From: a virus
Taxonomy: Duplodnaviria; Caudoviricetes
Strand: one strand, 5' to 3'
DNA length: 25,294 bases
Virus record (IMG/VR): IMGVR_UViG_3300038379_000399
Location: 1-25,294 of that record
Part shown: piece by piece, positions 1 through 8,680 of the stretch
Layout of the letters: every line of letters begins with the position of its first letter
Position numbering within the stretch: the stretch's first letter is position 1
Made by a program: the position numbers and the translations under genes
Notes under the pieces: model-generated
Databases searched by the model: none
What the model was told of the DNA's origin: nothing
Seen by the model: the letters and a program-made list of their open reading frames with translations, nothing else

Positions 1-249
1 TCCGCCGAGCCTATGCTCGGTGTACGAGCCACACAAGATGATCGAGAATGCCCAACTCCACGGATGATTGTGCATGTGCCTATCGTGGTCGCCGATCACG
101 AAGTTGTGCAGATAGACCGAGAACCACTTGCGTTTTAGGAATATACACCGCTTGAGGTAGTCTCCGCCCGAGTAAGGATCGGGGATGATGAGCCCACGCG
201 GCCAGCGCTTTCCGAGACTCCAATTCATAAATCTGGCGAGTAGTTTCAT
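1..249 (-). CDS. Cupin-like (HxHPW) phage protein, truncated by window edge
   Basis: Not in the ORF track. ATG at 249 overlaps the upstream stop (TGATG). Reads MKLLARFMNW...YLKRCIFLKRKWFSVYLHNFVIGDHDRHMHNHPWSWAFSIILCGSYTEHRLGG, with the YLH..D.DR..H.HPW...S.IL.G.Y.E pattern of phage cupin-like proteins. Confidence 0.75.
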   Translation of the reverse strand, partial: MKLLARFMNWSLGKRWPRGLIIPDPYSGGDYLKRCIFLKRKWFSVYLHNFVIGDHDRHMHNHPWSWAFSIILCGSYTEHRLGG

Positions 250-797
250 CATATCCTTTTCACCAATTTCAGGATGTGTTGGCGCCAATGCTTGCGCGCG
301 GCCGGAAAGTAGTTCTTATCATCCGTCTTGCGCCCGAGGCCAATGAAGATGCTAGTGTGCCCGGGGCTCGGTGCCGTGGATTGATGCACTAGGGTCGGCC
401 CGTAGTAGTTGAAATACGGGGCGAACTTTCGCCGGGTGCGGAGATCGTTCCCCAAGTGCTTATCATTCACTGAGCCCCACAAGCCGATGGCGATCGTACC
501 CCACTTCCACGGGTGCGAGTGCATCCATGCCGGGTTTTCGCCGCTAGCGAATTGTTGGAGATAAACGTGCTCCTTGATGATGGCGAACTGGCGGATCAAG
601 ATGCGGCTCGTGTCGGTGGCCTCAGGGATCTCGCGGCATCGATCCGGGAAGCATTGTTCAAGATAACGAAACCACCAAGTTTTTGGATAGTGGCCGATCC
701 GGTGCTCGGCTAGGACGGTCAAAACAGCCCGATCGCGGCGCGAGTAGGCGGCCCATAGGCCGAAGCCGAGTAGCAGGATGAAGAATAGGATCATCAT
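249..797 (-). CDS. Membrane-anchored cupin-like (HxHPW) protein, paralogue of 1-249
   Basis: N-terminal hydrophobic segment (MMILFFILLLGFGLWAAYS); VYLQQF...WMHSHPWKW...GLWGS; AAGGAG upstream; coupled to both neighbours. Confidence 0.7.
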   Translation of the reverse strand: MMILFFILLLGFGLWAAYSRRDRAVLTVLAEHRIGHYPKTWWFRYLEQCFPDRCREIPEATDTSRILIRQFAIIKEHVYLQQFASGENPAWMHSHPWKWGTIAIGLWGSVNDKHLGNDLRTRRKFAPYFNYYGPTLVHQSTAPSPGHTSIFIGLGRKTDDKNYFPAARKHWRQHILKLVKRI

Positions 798-958
798 TCC
801 TTTGCTCCTTCCAGATGTTGGACCCGACGATCTAATTCTAACAGAGTTGCTAGTAGATCCTCCAAGAATTCGCGCGAAACGGCAAAGCCACCAGCAGGAC
901 GCGGTGATAAATGGATCTCGTACAAACGATCCGATAACCTTTCAATCGCGCGGCTCAT
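794..958 (-). CDS. Small hypothetical protein (54 aa)
   Basis: Below the track cut-off. MSRAIERLSDRLYEIHLSPRPAGGFAVSREFLEDLLATLLELDRRVQHLEGAKE; AGGAG SD; start and stop overlaps on both sides. Confidence 0.65.
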   Translation of the reverse strand: MSRAIERLSDRLYEIHLSPRPAGGFAVSREFLEDLLATLLELDRRVQHLEGAKE

Positions 959-1038
959 CAGTCACTCCTCATCATGGCCGCGAGAAAGATCGCGCAGCAC
1001 ACCGCAAATAGATACACCATAGCTTCGCCGTAAGACAT
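958..1038 (-). CDS. Small hydrophobic peptide (26 aa)
   Basis: MSYGEAMVYLFAVCCAIFLAAMMRSD; GGAGG 5 nt upstream; TGATG coupling to the next gene. Confidence 0.5.
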   Translation of the reverse strand: MSYGEAMVYLFAVCCAIFLAAMMRSD

Positions 1039-1047
1039 TACACCCTC

Positions 1048-1110
1048 CCAAAGCCCGACCCCATGGGTGTAACCATGGCTAGTCGCGGATACCGCGCGAT
1101 CGGGTTTTGG
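1048..1110 (-). ncRNA. Putative three-way-junction structured RNA
   Basis: Outer stem CCAAAACCCGA/TCGGGCTTTGG encloses hairpins CGCGG-TAT-CCGCG and CCATGG-TTACAC-CCATGG; non-coding position directly 3' of the tRNA-like element. Confidence 0.45.
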
Positions 1111-1116
1111 CAAGGT

Positions 1117-1185
1117 GTCCGCGGGCCGGAATCGAACCGGCGTGCTCCCCAGAAACCGGGGGCTTTACCGCTAAGCTACCGCGGA
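1117..1185 (-). tRNA. tRNA-like element with shortened, non-canonical anticodon arm (nominal TTT/Lys; possibly pseudo-tRNA)
   Basis: TCCGCGG-TA-GCTT-AGCGGTA-AAGC-CCCCGGTTTCTGGGG-AGCAC-GCCGG-TTCGATT-CCGGC-CCGCGGA-C: perfect acceptor, D and T arms; anticodon region 15 nt instead of 18; no encoded CCA. Confidence 0.75.
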
Positions 1186-1193
1186 TCGTTAGG

Positions 1194-1757
1194 CTAGCGG
1201 TTGCCGAACAAACCGCCGAGTAGACTCGGGGCCGGTGCGGTTGTTTGCGCTACGGGCGCCGGGGTTGGCGCAGGAGCGACGGGTGCGGGGCTAGCGGCTT
1301 CCACCGCGCGCCTTTGATTCGCGATTTGCTCCGGGGTTTGTGGTACATGTTCCCACATGATATCCACGAAGTTTTTTGACTTCACTCCGAATGCGACGAT
1401 CGCGATCCCTCGGCCCGGTTGGGCTTCGGTAGCAAGTTGATTCACGGTTTGCTCGATAGCGGCGGGATCCTTCGCACCAACCAACGCCGCGACAAAATCG
1501 CGGGCGCGGGAAAGTTCGTTGTCACCCTTCCATCCCATATCGCTTACAAACCATGCAACTGATACGATAGATCCGATAGGATGGGTTTCCGATTGAGTCA
1601 CGAGGAAATCCGCGGCCAAGATAGTTCCGCGCTCTTTCGTGGGTTTCAAGCCGTATTGCTTGAGTACCAGACTATGCCGGCCCTCCGCGATTCGGGCGCC
1701 TCGGGTTTTGGATGGGGCTGCGTTTGCGAGTCGATTCGATAGATTGTTAGATAGCAT
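1194..1757 (-). CDS. Putative single-stranded DNA-binding/annealing protein
   Basis: 187 aa with a beta-rich OB-like core and Pro/Ala-rich tail; AAGGA SD; sits in an exonuclease/helicase module. Function inferred mainly from context. Confidence 0.45.
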   Translation of the reverse strand: MLSNNLSNRLANAAPSKTRGARIAEGRHSLVLKQYGLKPTKERGTILAADFLVTQSETHPIGSIVSVAWFVSDMGWKGDNELSRARDFVAALVGAKDPAAIEQTVNQLATEAQPGRGIAIVAFGVKSKNFVDIMWEHVPQTPEQIANQRRAVEAASPAPVAPAPTPAPVAQTTAPAPSLLGGLFGNR

Positions 1758-3666
1758 CGATGTTGTCCTTTCTGAATGTAGATAGTTTCTGATTTGATCC
1801 TAGTGTCTTCTCAACATATACCGCACGCGATAGAGCCGTGTCAACAAGATCTTTCATTTCTTGCGTGTGGCGGTAAAAACATGCGGTTACAACGGAAGAG
1901 GGCTGGCCGATGCGATGCAAGCGGCCGAGCATTTGCTCCCAGGCCGTGGCCGAAGCGGGTGGGTTTGCCACCAATTGCGTGTGAAATATGCGCTGCAAGC
2001 CGTCGCGGCCCGTGCCGTGCGATTTGATAGACGCCACGATCGAGCGATCCCCGCGCTCGGCCTTGAGTAGCTCCCCGGCCTTCGGCCCGCCTACATGTAG
2101 CGGCAAGCCGGATAGCTCGGAAACCCATTGCCCGAAAGCGCGGTGTTCAAACCACACCACGCCTTTATTTTCGAGCCCCCACGCCGCGGCGTCGCGCGCC
2201 AAGTAATCATCGATACGCACGGCCTCGGTTTCGGGCTGTACGGTACCTTTGGCCTTTTTCCACCGCGGCCAATTGTCCGCGCGCCACACGGGCAAGCCGT
2301 GATCATTCGAGATCTCGCCGTAGGCGCGCATCGCGGCGAGCGCGCAAAGCTTCGGCGAGTCGAGATGCTCCTGGCGCGTCTTGAGTTTCTCGCGCAATTC
2401 GCGGCGCCATTGTTTGCGGGCCTCAAGCCACTCCAAGATCAAACCGATACTTTCGCCGCGAGGGAAGATCCATCGGTAGTAGAAACCGCACGCCAGTTGC
2501 CGGGCGCACCGGGCCAGCGCCAGGGCTTCAACGATTTCCTCGCCATCCGGCCGCGTCCAAGTCGCGCGAAGATCATGTAAAGCTTCCTTTACTACCTCCG
2601 GGATGTGGTCAACCTTTCTTTCCTCGATGGCCAAGGTGGCCGAGATCGCGGGCTCTTTAGTGGATACCACGCCCGCGGTTTCTACGAGCCGCCGATGGAA
2701 ACCTTCATAGACGTGTTCGCCGGGCTCGCACAAATCTAGGAGTGCGCCGGCCGGGGCGGGGAAATCACCGGGGTCTAGCGCACGCGCCCACTCGTCTACT
2801 ACTAGAGGATCGCGCGGTAGCGGCGAAGCATCTTGAAGGGCCATCGAGCTAAGATGAGCATAATCTCGCACGCTAGAATCGGTAATACTACCAGACCACG
2901 CACAAAATCTTGTAGTGGGGTGCGCATCGAAATATCGTAGCACTCGGGAAGTAGTCGCGGTGTCCGCGTGCCGGAGTTTGTGACATTCATCGGCAATAAC
3001 GGTATCCGCGCCGAGCCGTTCAAGAAACGTAGTTGCCTCCGGGCGGGATAGTCGCGAGTATGGATAGACGTGTAGAACGGGCGCATTGGGCCTCCTAATC
3101 ATGATATCGTTTTTACCGTGTATTACAAGCGCCGGGGTATGAAAGTGTTCCGAAAGAAGCCGGTACTCCGCCACGAGCTGGCCGGCCAAGGTGGGAGGTA
3201 TCAAGAGCACGGCCAGCTTGCAATCCCGGAGGGCCAGCGGAGCGAGGATATCGATGATCGTCTTGCCGTGCCCAACGCCGATAGGGCCGAGTAATCCGCC
3301 CCGAAGGCCAATCTCATAAAGCGCCCATGCCTGCACAAGCCGGAGTCGGGTTATGCACTCACGATCGTACTTGGTGGCGCACACGCACGCCGGGTTGTTA
3401 CGGCGAAAGCGTTGCGTCATTAGCTCGATTAGGGCCTCGCCGCGCGGCTCCCCCGCCGTGGGGCATGATCGGCGGGGGAGCGCGGCGATCCTCCTCAGAT
3501 CGGGCGAGCTAGTGACAGGGGGTTTACTCGCCCAAACCGGAGCAAGTGAAGCGGGGTTGGTTGATTGCCACTCGCGCGGCGCGAAGCCTGGCGCGGCGAC
3601 TAGTTCATTGACTTGGATCGTCGGTTTCGATGGGCTCGGCGCTTGGAGCACTTCCAGCTTGATCAT
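1747..3666 (-). CDS. SNF2/SF2-family DNA helicase
   Basis: Walker A GVGHGKT, DECH box, WSGS motif III, motif VI QMLGRLHRIGQ. Confidence 0.9.
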   Translation of the reverse strand: MIKLEVLQAPSPSKPTIQVNELVAAPGFAPREWQSTNPASLAPVWASKPPVTSSPDLRRIAALPRRSCPTAGEPRGEALIELMTQRFRRNNPACVCATKYDRECITRLRLVQAWALYEIGLRGGLLGPIGVGHGKTIIDILAPLALRDCKLAVLLIPPTLAGQLVAEYRLLSEHFHTPALVIHGKNDIMIRRPNAPVLHVYPYSRLSRPEATTFLERLGADTVIADECHKLRHADTATTSRVLRYFDAHPTTRFCAWSGSITDSSVRDYAHLSSMALQDASPLPRDPLVVDEWARALDPGDFPAPAGALLDLCEPGEHVYEGFHRRLVETAGVVSTKEPAISATLAIEERKVDHIPEVVKEALHDLRATWTRPDGEEIVEALALARCARQLACGFYYRWIFPRGESIGLILEWLEARKQWRRELREKLKTRQEHLDSPKLCALAAMRAYGEISNDHGLPVWRADNWPRWKKAKGTVQPETEAVRIDDYLARDAAAWGLENKGVVWFEHRAFGQWVSELSGLPLHVGGPKAGELLKAERGDRSIVASIKSHGTGRDGLQRIFHTQLVANPPASATAWEQMLGRLHRIGQPSSVVTACFYRHTQEMKDLVDTALSRAVYVEKTLGSNQKLSTFRKDNIDAI

Positions 3667-3889
3667 CGGATCCCCCCGTCGATTCTTCTTTCTTCAGCTC
3701 TTTGATTTGATTTGCGTAATCGATGAAGCCAAGCGCCAGCCCTTCGAGCACATCCCGATCTACGCGAAGCGCGCGATCGCGCGGGTTGCGACCGAGTAAC
3801 TGCGCCACCCGGTTTAGCGCGGTAACCGGATTCATGAACATCTTGACCGGTGCATGTTCGGCCGGCTCTTTTTTATCCTCGTCACTCAT
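3605..3889 (-). CDS. Hypothetical protein (94 aa)
   Basis: ATG at 3889 overlaps the exonuclease stop (ATGA): MSDEDKKEPAEHAPVK...; the longer track ORF start lies inside the exonuclease gene. Confidence 0.6.
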   Translation of the reverse strand: MSDEDKKEPAEHAPVKMFMNPVTALNRVAQLLGRNPRDRALRVDRDVLEGLALGFIDYANQIKELKKEESTGGSDDQAGSAPSAEPIETDDPSQ

Positions 3890-5571
3890 CGGATACCCCG
3901 CACAAAGGCCGAGCACTTTCCGCGCAAAGCATCGGCGACTACTTCCGCGATCTCGCGACCGCGGGTATCTAGGACGTACACTCCGGCCTCGGGCGGGCTT
4001 TCTTTTGCCAGCGCCGCGATCGCACCCTTCCACTTCCCGAAGCCGAGCGGCCCATCGGCCGGGGCGCATCGGATATCGGCGGCCTTGCATTCGGTGCAAA
4101 GCACTTCGCAAAGCCGATCGACATACGCATCGAGCGTTTGATAGGCCATGCTCGGGATGCAATCCACAAACAAAACCAGCCCCGCGAAAGGCGTGTTGGG
4201 TGTGGGGGTTGGCGCGACAAGCGCGCTCGATGGGGGTGACACGGCGGCTTCCGCGGGGCTGGAAACTTCTTTGGGCTTGCGACCACGCTTCTTTGGCGCC
4301 TCGGGAACGGGCGAAACCCAACTCATAGTGGATCTGTCTGAATCCGTTGCTGGGGGCGCGCTAGCCGGAGCATCGGGCGGTAGGAGTGCGGGGAGTGCGT
4401 CCTGTATTGACGTTGTATTGACAGGCGCGGGGGGCGGGGCGGCCGATTTGGCGAGCACACCCTTCAGCTCCTCGGCGAGCTGGATCACGGTATCGGGCTC
4501 TTGCATGGTAAGCACGCCTAGCTCGCCCGTGCCCGCCCACCCGTGTCCGGAAAACTGGATTTTCTTATACGCCGCATATGCCTTTGCGGCAGGGGTGCCG
4601 AGGGCCGGAAACCCCTTGCCTGAGGCCAGGATGTAATCCACGGCCGCGGCAAACTCCGGGGCATAACCGACCGGGGCGGGTGCTTCGGCGGCTTGAAGCG
4701 CGGCCATTTCGGCCTTCACTTCCGGTTTCAGATTCACGGCATCAAGCAATCCCATAGTCACTCCCACTCCGAAGAGTTTTTCAAGTTGTTTGCGATTCCC
4801 CCCGCCACAGTAACTTCTATGAGGGCATCCCCCGTATGCGTCACATGCGCGAGTGTTAGCTTCAACGCAACTCTCGCTTGTTTGGCGGGCAATGTCAAGT
4901 AGCATTTTTCCGACGTGCTCTAATTTTTTCCACTCGGGCGCGATATCGTCACGCCGCACGAGGATCGTTGCCTTTTTAGCCAGCGGCGTGCCTTTGGTGC
5001 GAAAGTAGACGTGGGACAGGCGCACCCCTTCGCAATCCGGCGCGCGTTCGAAGGCGTATTTCGCATACGAAACCATTTGCGTGGTCTCGGCGAGATCCCC
5101 GCCTTTCTTGGCGCGGGAAAGATCGCCCGTACTTTTCCAGTCAACTACCTCGATCAGCGATTCATTCTTGTGGAAGTTGATTCCCCCTTCCGAATCGATG
5201 TAGTGGTCTCGGCCGTGCATGAGATCGATATAGCCGATCATCGGGATCCCCGAGACCTTCAACGCGCCCGCGATCGGGTGCTCTACTAGAAGATCGGGGC
5301 CGGGCTCCGGGATAAAGTGCGCGCCGGCAAGCACGATCGGGGGGAGCGCTTTCTGGCCCGTCTTGAGATAGTTTTCGATCGGCGCGTGAACTACCTCGGA
5401 GCCCTTTTGCTGCGCCGCGCTCGTGGGCTCCTTGCGCCCCATGACGTATTTCCACCAATAGCGGCGGGGGCATCCGCCGTACTCGGCCGGGTTTGCCGTC
5501 GATAGCGCCGAAGGCGAAGTGTAGTTTACTCGGCCTTCAGATATCACCGGGCCACTAGATTCCCTCGCCAT
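3886..5571 (-). CDS. PD-(D/E)XK Cas4/RecB-like exonuclease with Fe-S cysteines and long C-terminal extension
   Basis: SPS..CPRRYW; G..VH; GYIDL; VVDWKS; QMVSYA; CDAYGGCPHRSYC (1+3 Cys pattern); GGAGGAG SD. Confidence 0.88.
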   Translation of the reverse strand: MARESSGPVISEGRVNYTSPSALSTANPAEYGGCPRRYWWKYVMGRKEPTSAAQQKGSEVVHAPIENYLKTGQKALPPIVLAGAHFIPEPGPDLLVEHPIAGALKVSGIPMIGYIDLMHGRDHYIDSEGGINFHKNESLIEVVDWKSTGDLSRAKKGGDLAETTQMVSYAKYAFERAPDCEGVRLSHVYFRTKGTPLAKKATILVRRDDIAPEWKKLEHVGKMLLDIARQTSESCVEANTRACDAYGGCPHRSYCGGGNRKQLEKLFGVGVTMGLLDAVNLKPEVKAEMAALQAAEAPAPVGYAPEFAAAVDYILASGKGFPALGTPAAKAYAAYKKIQFSGHGWAGTGELGVLTMQEPDTVIQLAEELKGVLAKSAAPPPAPVNTTSIQDALPALLPPDAPASAPPATDSDRSTMSWVSPVPEAPKKRGRKPKEVSSPAEAAVSPPSSALVAPTPTPNTPFAGLVLFVDCIPSMAYQTLDAYVDRLCEVLCTECKAADIRCAPADGPLGFGKWKGAIAALAKESPPEAGVYVLDTRGREIAEVVADALRGKCSAFVRGIR

Positions 5572-5604
5572 GTGCGCTCCTCCGATACCCTTTAAGGCAT
5601 CATA

Positions 5605-5880
5605 TTACGCCGGTTTGATACCCTTTGGGGTGTCATTGCCGATTCTAATACATTGCAAATCATCATCTGGCACGGTTTTGAAGCGCCGGATCGCATCCTC
5701 GCGCCAGTACCGGGCGAGTCTATCGTACACGTTATCGCGATCGTCAAGCCACACCGCGCCATCGCCCGCCCTATGCCGCACCGGGCGTTTGTGCCACGCG
5801 CAAATGATATCGGATAGCCCATCGCCATCCGAATCGCGCGTAAGCCAAATTGGGCCTTTGTAGGTGACCTTTTCGGCCAT
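5605..5880 (-). CDS. Hypothetical protein (91 aa)
   Basis: GAGGA SD; fills the gap in the operon. Confidence 0.65.
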   Translation of the reverse strand: MAEKVTYKGPIWLTRDSDGDGLSDIICAWHKRPVRHRAGDGAVWLDDRDNVYDRLARYWREDAIRRFKTVPDDDLQCIRIGNDTPKGIKPA

Positions 5881-5896
5881 GCCCTATCCTCTCAGT

Positions 5897-6529
5897 TTAC
5901 TGGACTTCGGTCAACAAGAATTCGCGATCCCAAAGCGAAGAGAATCGCCCGCCACAACTCTGGCCGTTCTGGCAACGGTAGTAGTGGGTTATGATGCCGA
6001 TCAACTCCCCGCGTTTGTTGAACACCGGGCTACCGGAGTTGCCGGGCTCTACCACGGCGGAGTGCTTGACGTTGCCCGCGCCCGAAGATTCAATCAACTC
6101 CACCCGCCCACATCGAATACTCCGTGTAGGTGCGCCCGAGTGAAAACAGATCTCCTCCTCGATCTTCGGCGCTGAGCCGACGCGCGTGACCGGGGCTTGC
6201 TCGATCACGAAATCGCCCACGATCTTCAAGCGGGCCAAGTCGGCGCCGGGCAGCACACGATCGACTACCGCGCGGTACCTTTCATCTTTCACCGTCACGA
6301 TTTCGAATTCCCCGCCCGCGCACACTTGGGTAACGTGACCGGCCGTTAAGACATAGCGCTCGCCGATCACCACACCGGAGCCGCTACCCACATCCCGACC
6401 CTCGCACATAACGGTTACTGCTACGGTTGCTTCGTTGCGCCTCTTACCGGGGCTCTTGAAGTTTCCGGCACAACTACCTATAAAGAAAACTAGGCCAAAA
6501 GCGGCGCAGACCAGAAAAGTTTTAAGCAT
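5897..6529 (-). CDS. Trypsin-like (S1) serine protease with probable lipoprotein signal
   Basis: GSGVVI, LTAGH (His), ADLA (Asp), GNSGSP (Ser); hydrophobic N-terminus ending FFIGSC. Confidence 0.88.
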   Translation of the reverse strand: MLKTFLVCAAFGLVFFIGSCAGNFKSPGKRRNEATVAVTVMCEGRDVGSGSGVVIGERYVLTAGHVTQVCAGGEFEIVTVKDERYRAVVDRVLPGADLARLKIVGDFVIEQAPVTRVGSAPKIEEEICFHSGAPTRSIRCGRVELIESSGAGNVKHSAVVEPGNSGSPVFNKRGELIGIITHYYRCQNGQSCGGRFSSLWDREFLLTEVQ

Positions 6530-6538
6530 ACCATGAGT

Positions 6539-8680
6539 TTACTCTATATTCGCGGTAACTGGCGCAATCACGTACACCCCGCCTTGTAAAATCAACTCGT
6601 TGCGGGTAACCAGCCGCTTGAACGCCGCGCGGGCGCGTTTCTGTGGGAGGTACATCGGGTGGGCATCATCGGCCGATATGAGATTGACGAATTTGTTTTC
6701 ACTGGCCGGTAGCATGGCGGGGTGCAACTCGCGTATGAAATTTAAAGCTTGTGCATCGTCGGTTTCAGCACGCCCGTTTGTGTTGCCGGCCTTGGATCCT
6801 TCTTTTTTCTGAAGTAACATCGTTGCGGCCTCGGGCTTGTAACACCATCGCCCGCTAGCCCCGTGGAATTCCATCCCGACGAATCCTAGATCGCCGCGGC
6901 GGGCCTTGGCAATGGCAAAGCGCGCCAGCTTGCTCTCATGGTCTAGATCGATGAACATCACCACGGCACTATCAAAATCGATACCGCCCGATTCCTTACC
7001 GGCCGATAGGTAGATCCCGGGATCTTCCGATTGGCGAAGTGCTTCGGCCTTCGCTTGACCATACCATGCGCGCGACACGCTGGAAATCAACACGACGGCA
7101 CAATCCTCTTGCTTTGAGATGCTAAGCAAGGCGCGAGACACGACCGTGACACCCACGCGGAAATCAGAGTGCGCGCGGTTTGCGAAGTCTTGCAGATAAT
7201 CCATCATGAGGATCGGCGACACGCCAAAGCGCGAGCGCATCATCGCGATCACTCTGGCAATGAACGCCAAAGCCTCATCGGTTGCGTGGGGGAGTTGCGC
7301 GTATTCTAGAATCGCGATGCGCTTGCCGTTGTGTTTAACCGTGGCCTTGGCCTCACCAGTAACGAGATCGCGCCACGCCACATCGGAAATGTGTGCATCA
7401 AAGCGCGCCGCGTACTCGCGCGCATCCAACTCCGTAGTGACGATGAGTATTGGTACTTGCTCCTCGGCCGCGAGCGCGGCGTTGATCATCCATGCGCTTT
7501 TGCCGTTGCCGGGCGGGGCGAGCGTAGTCCAGATATACCCGGTCGCAAATCCCCCACCCGTGAGCTTATCGAGTGCTTCTACACCCGTGGTGTAGAGCCG
7601 CACCGGGGGTTGCTTGCGATCGCGGATGTTATCAAGGAATAATCCGTCAAGTGCATCGGCCTCTTTGTCTTCTTGACGCATACAACTACCCGAGCATCCG
7701 TCTAAGCGCGGAAATTGATCGAATAGTTTTCGTAAGTGTCGGGACTCGGGTGTGTTCACGTAAAGGCGATCTTGAACGCGCGTGATTACATCTTCAGGCA
7801 CTCCGTAGGCTTCCAGGTATGTGAAGCCTGTAACGCGGTTACCTTCACCTAGCTTGGTAACTGAATCGTATGCCTGGCGTTGCCTTTTGTGCGGCTCCCC
7901 GTCATCCCCGTTAACCGCAGCACCAATGAGTGTGGTGCATTCCGCGATAGCATCCACATCCCATCCTTGGCGTGCAAGTGCGCCGGATAAGGCCAGGCTC
8001 GCGACGTGCCTACCTTTCTTGGGCCATGCCGGAATTAACAAATCGGCGATTTCGCGCGGGCGAACATTATCGCGGCGAACTGGAATCGCGATCGGGCTCG
8101 GCGCTGGCATTTGAGGCGCGGGCAACGCGGCCAAAATTTCGGCCGTGTTTAAATCGCGCCCGGGGAAAACCTTTCGCTCGATTTCGGCACCAATAGGGGC
8201 GCTTGGTAAGAAGTAAAGTCGCGATGCATCCTTACATGCGGGATCGGCGGGTATTTCATACCGGCGCGCTACTTCATTCCAGAACGCGAGCCATCGCGAT
8301 GCCGGCACGGGCTCGTCAAGCCATAACAACAACCGCAAACGAATCGCGTCGGGTTTGTGACGATGCGAGGAGTGCAGCACACATCCGAGGCCGCTGTTTA
8401 CAAGCCGTTCAAGCCAGCCAAGATCGGCGGAGATATCGTCTAAGTCATAGACCGCCGCGGTAACCGCCGCGATGTTCTCAACGCAGCGATCCTCGGCGCC
8501 GGGCACCAATTCAGTTGGTGACCATGCCGGGCCGTACTTGTGGGGGCACTTGTCGCCAATGCAGGTTTCCGTGGTGCATGGCCCGCGCCGGAAATCAGAC
8601 AAGCATCGGATGAGATCGTCGCGTGAAATCTCGGCCGGCTCGGGCGGGGATTTCTCGTTCTGGTAAAAGCAGATTCTCAT
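6539..8680 (-). CDS. Primase-helicase fusion (AEP-type primase + PriCT-like + DnaB/SF4-type helicase)
   Basis: YDLD, HSSH, RLRLL and DPAC.D.SRLYFLP primase motifs; GRHV...L.G.L; TGVEALD, APPGNGKS, DYLQ, KESGGID, AKARRG. Start placed at 8680 because of the ATGA overlap. Confidence 0.85.
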   Translation of the reverse strand: MRICFYQNEKSPPEPAEISRDDLIRCLSDFRRGPCTTETCIGDKCPHKYGPAWSPTELVPGAEDRCVENIAAVTAAVYDLDDISADLGWLERLVNSGLGCVLHSSHRHKPDAIRLRLLLWLDEPVPASRWLAFWNEVARRYEIPADPACKDASRLYFLPSAPIGAEIERKVFPGRDLNTAEILAALPAPQMPAPSPIAIPVRRDNVRPREIADLLIPAWPKKGRHVASLALSGALARQGWDVDAIAECTTLIGAAVNGDDGEPHKRQRQAYDSVTKLGEGNRVTGFTYLEAYGVPEDVITRVQDRLYVNTPESRHLRKLFDQFPRLDGCSGSCMRQEDKEADALDGLFLDNIRDRKQPPVRLYTTGVEALDKLTGGGFATGYIWTTLAPPGNGKSAWMINAALAAEEQVPILIVTTELDAREYAARFDAHISDVAWRDLVTGEAKATVKHNGKRIAILEYAQLPHATDEALAFIARVIAMMRSRFGVSPILMMDYLQDFANRAHSDFRVGVTVVSRALLSISKQEDCAVVLISSVSRAWYGQAKAEALRQSEDPGIYLSAGKESGGIDFDSAVVMFIDLDHESKLARFAIAKARRGDLGFVGMEFHGASGRWCYKPEAATMLLQKKEGSKAGNTNGRAETDDAQALNFIRELHPAMLPASENKFVNLISADDAHPMYLPQKRARAAFKRLVTRNELILQGGVYVIAPVTANIE

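Noticed and set aside
1048-1185. tmRNA or hammerhead ribozyme (tempting given SspB)
   Set aside because: No G3-U70 pair, a full D stem is present, no tag ORF or pseudoknots; no CUGAnGA/GAAA hammerhead core
3886-5571. Cas4 as evidence of a CRISPR-Cas system
   Set aside because: No cas1/cas2 and no repeat-spacer array; Cas4-like nucleases are common in phage replication modules
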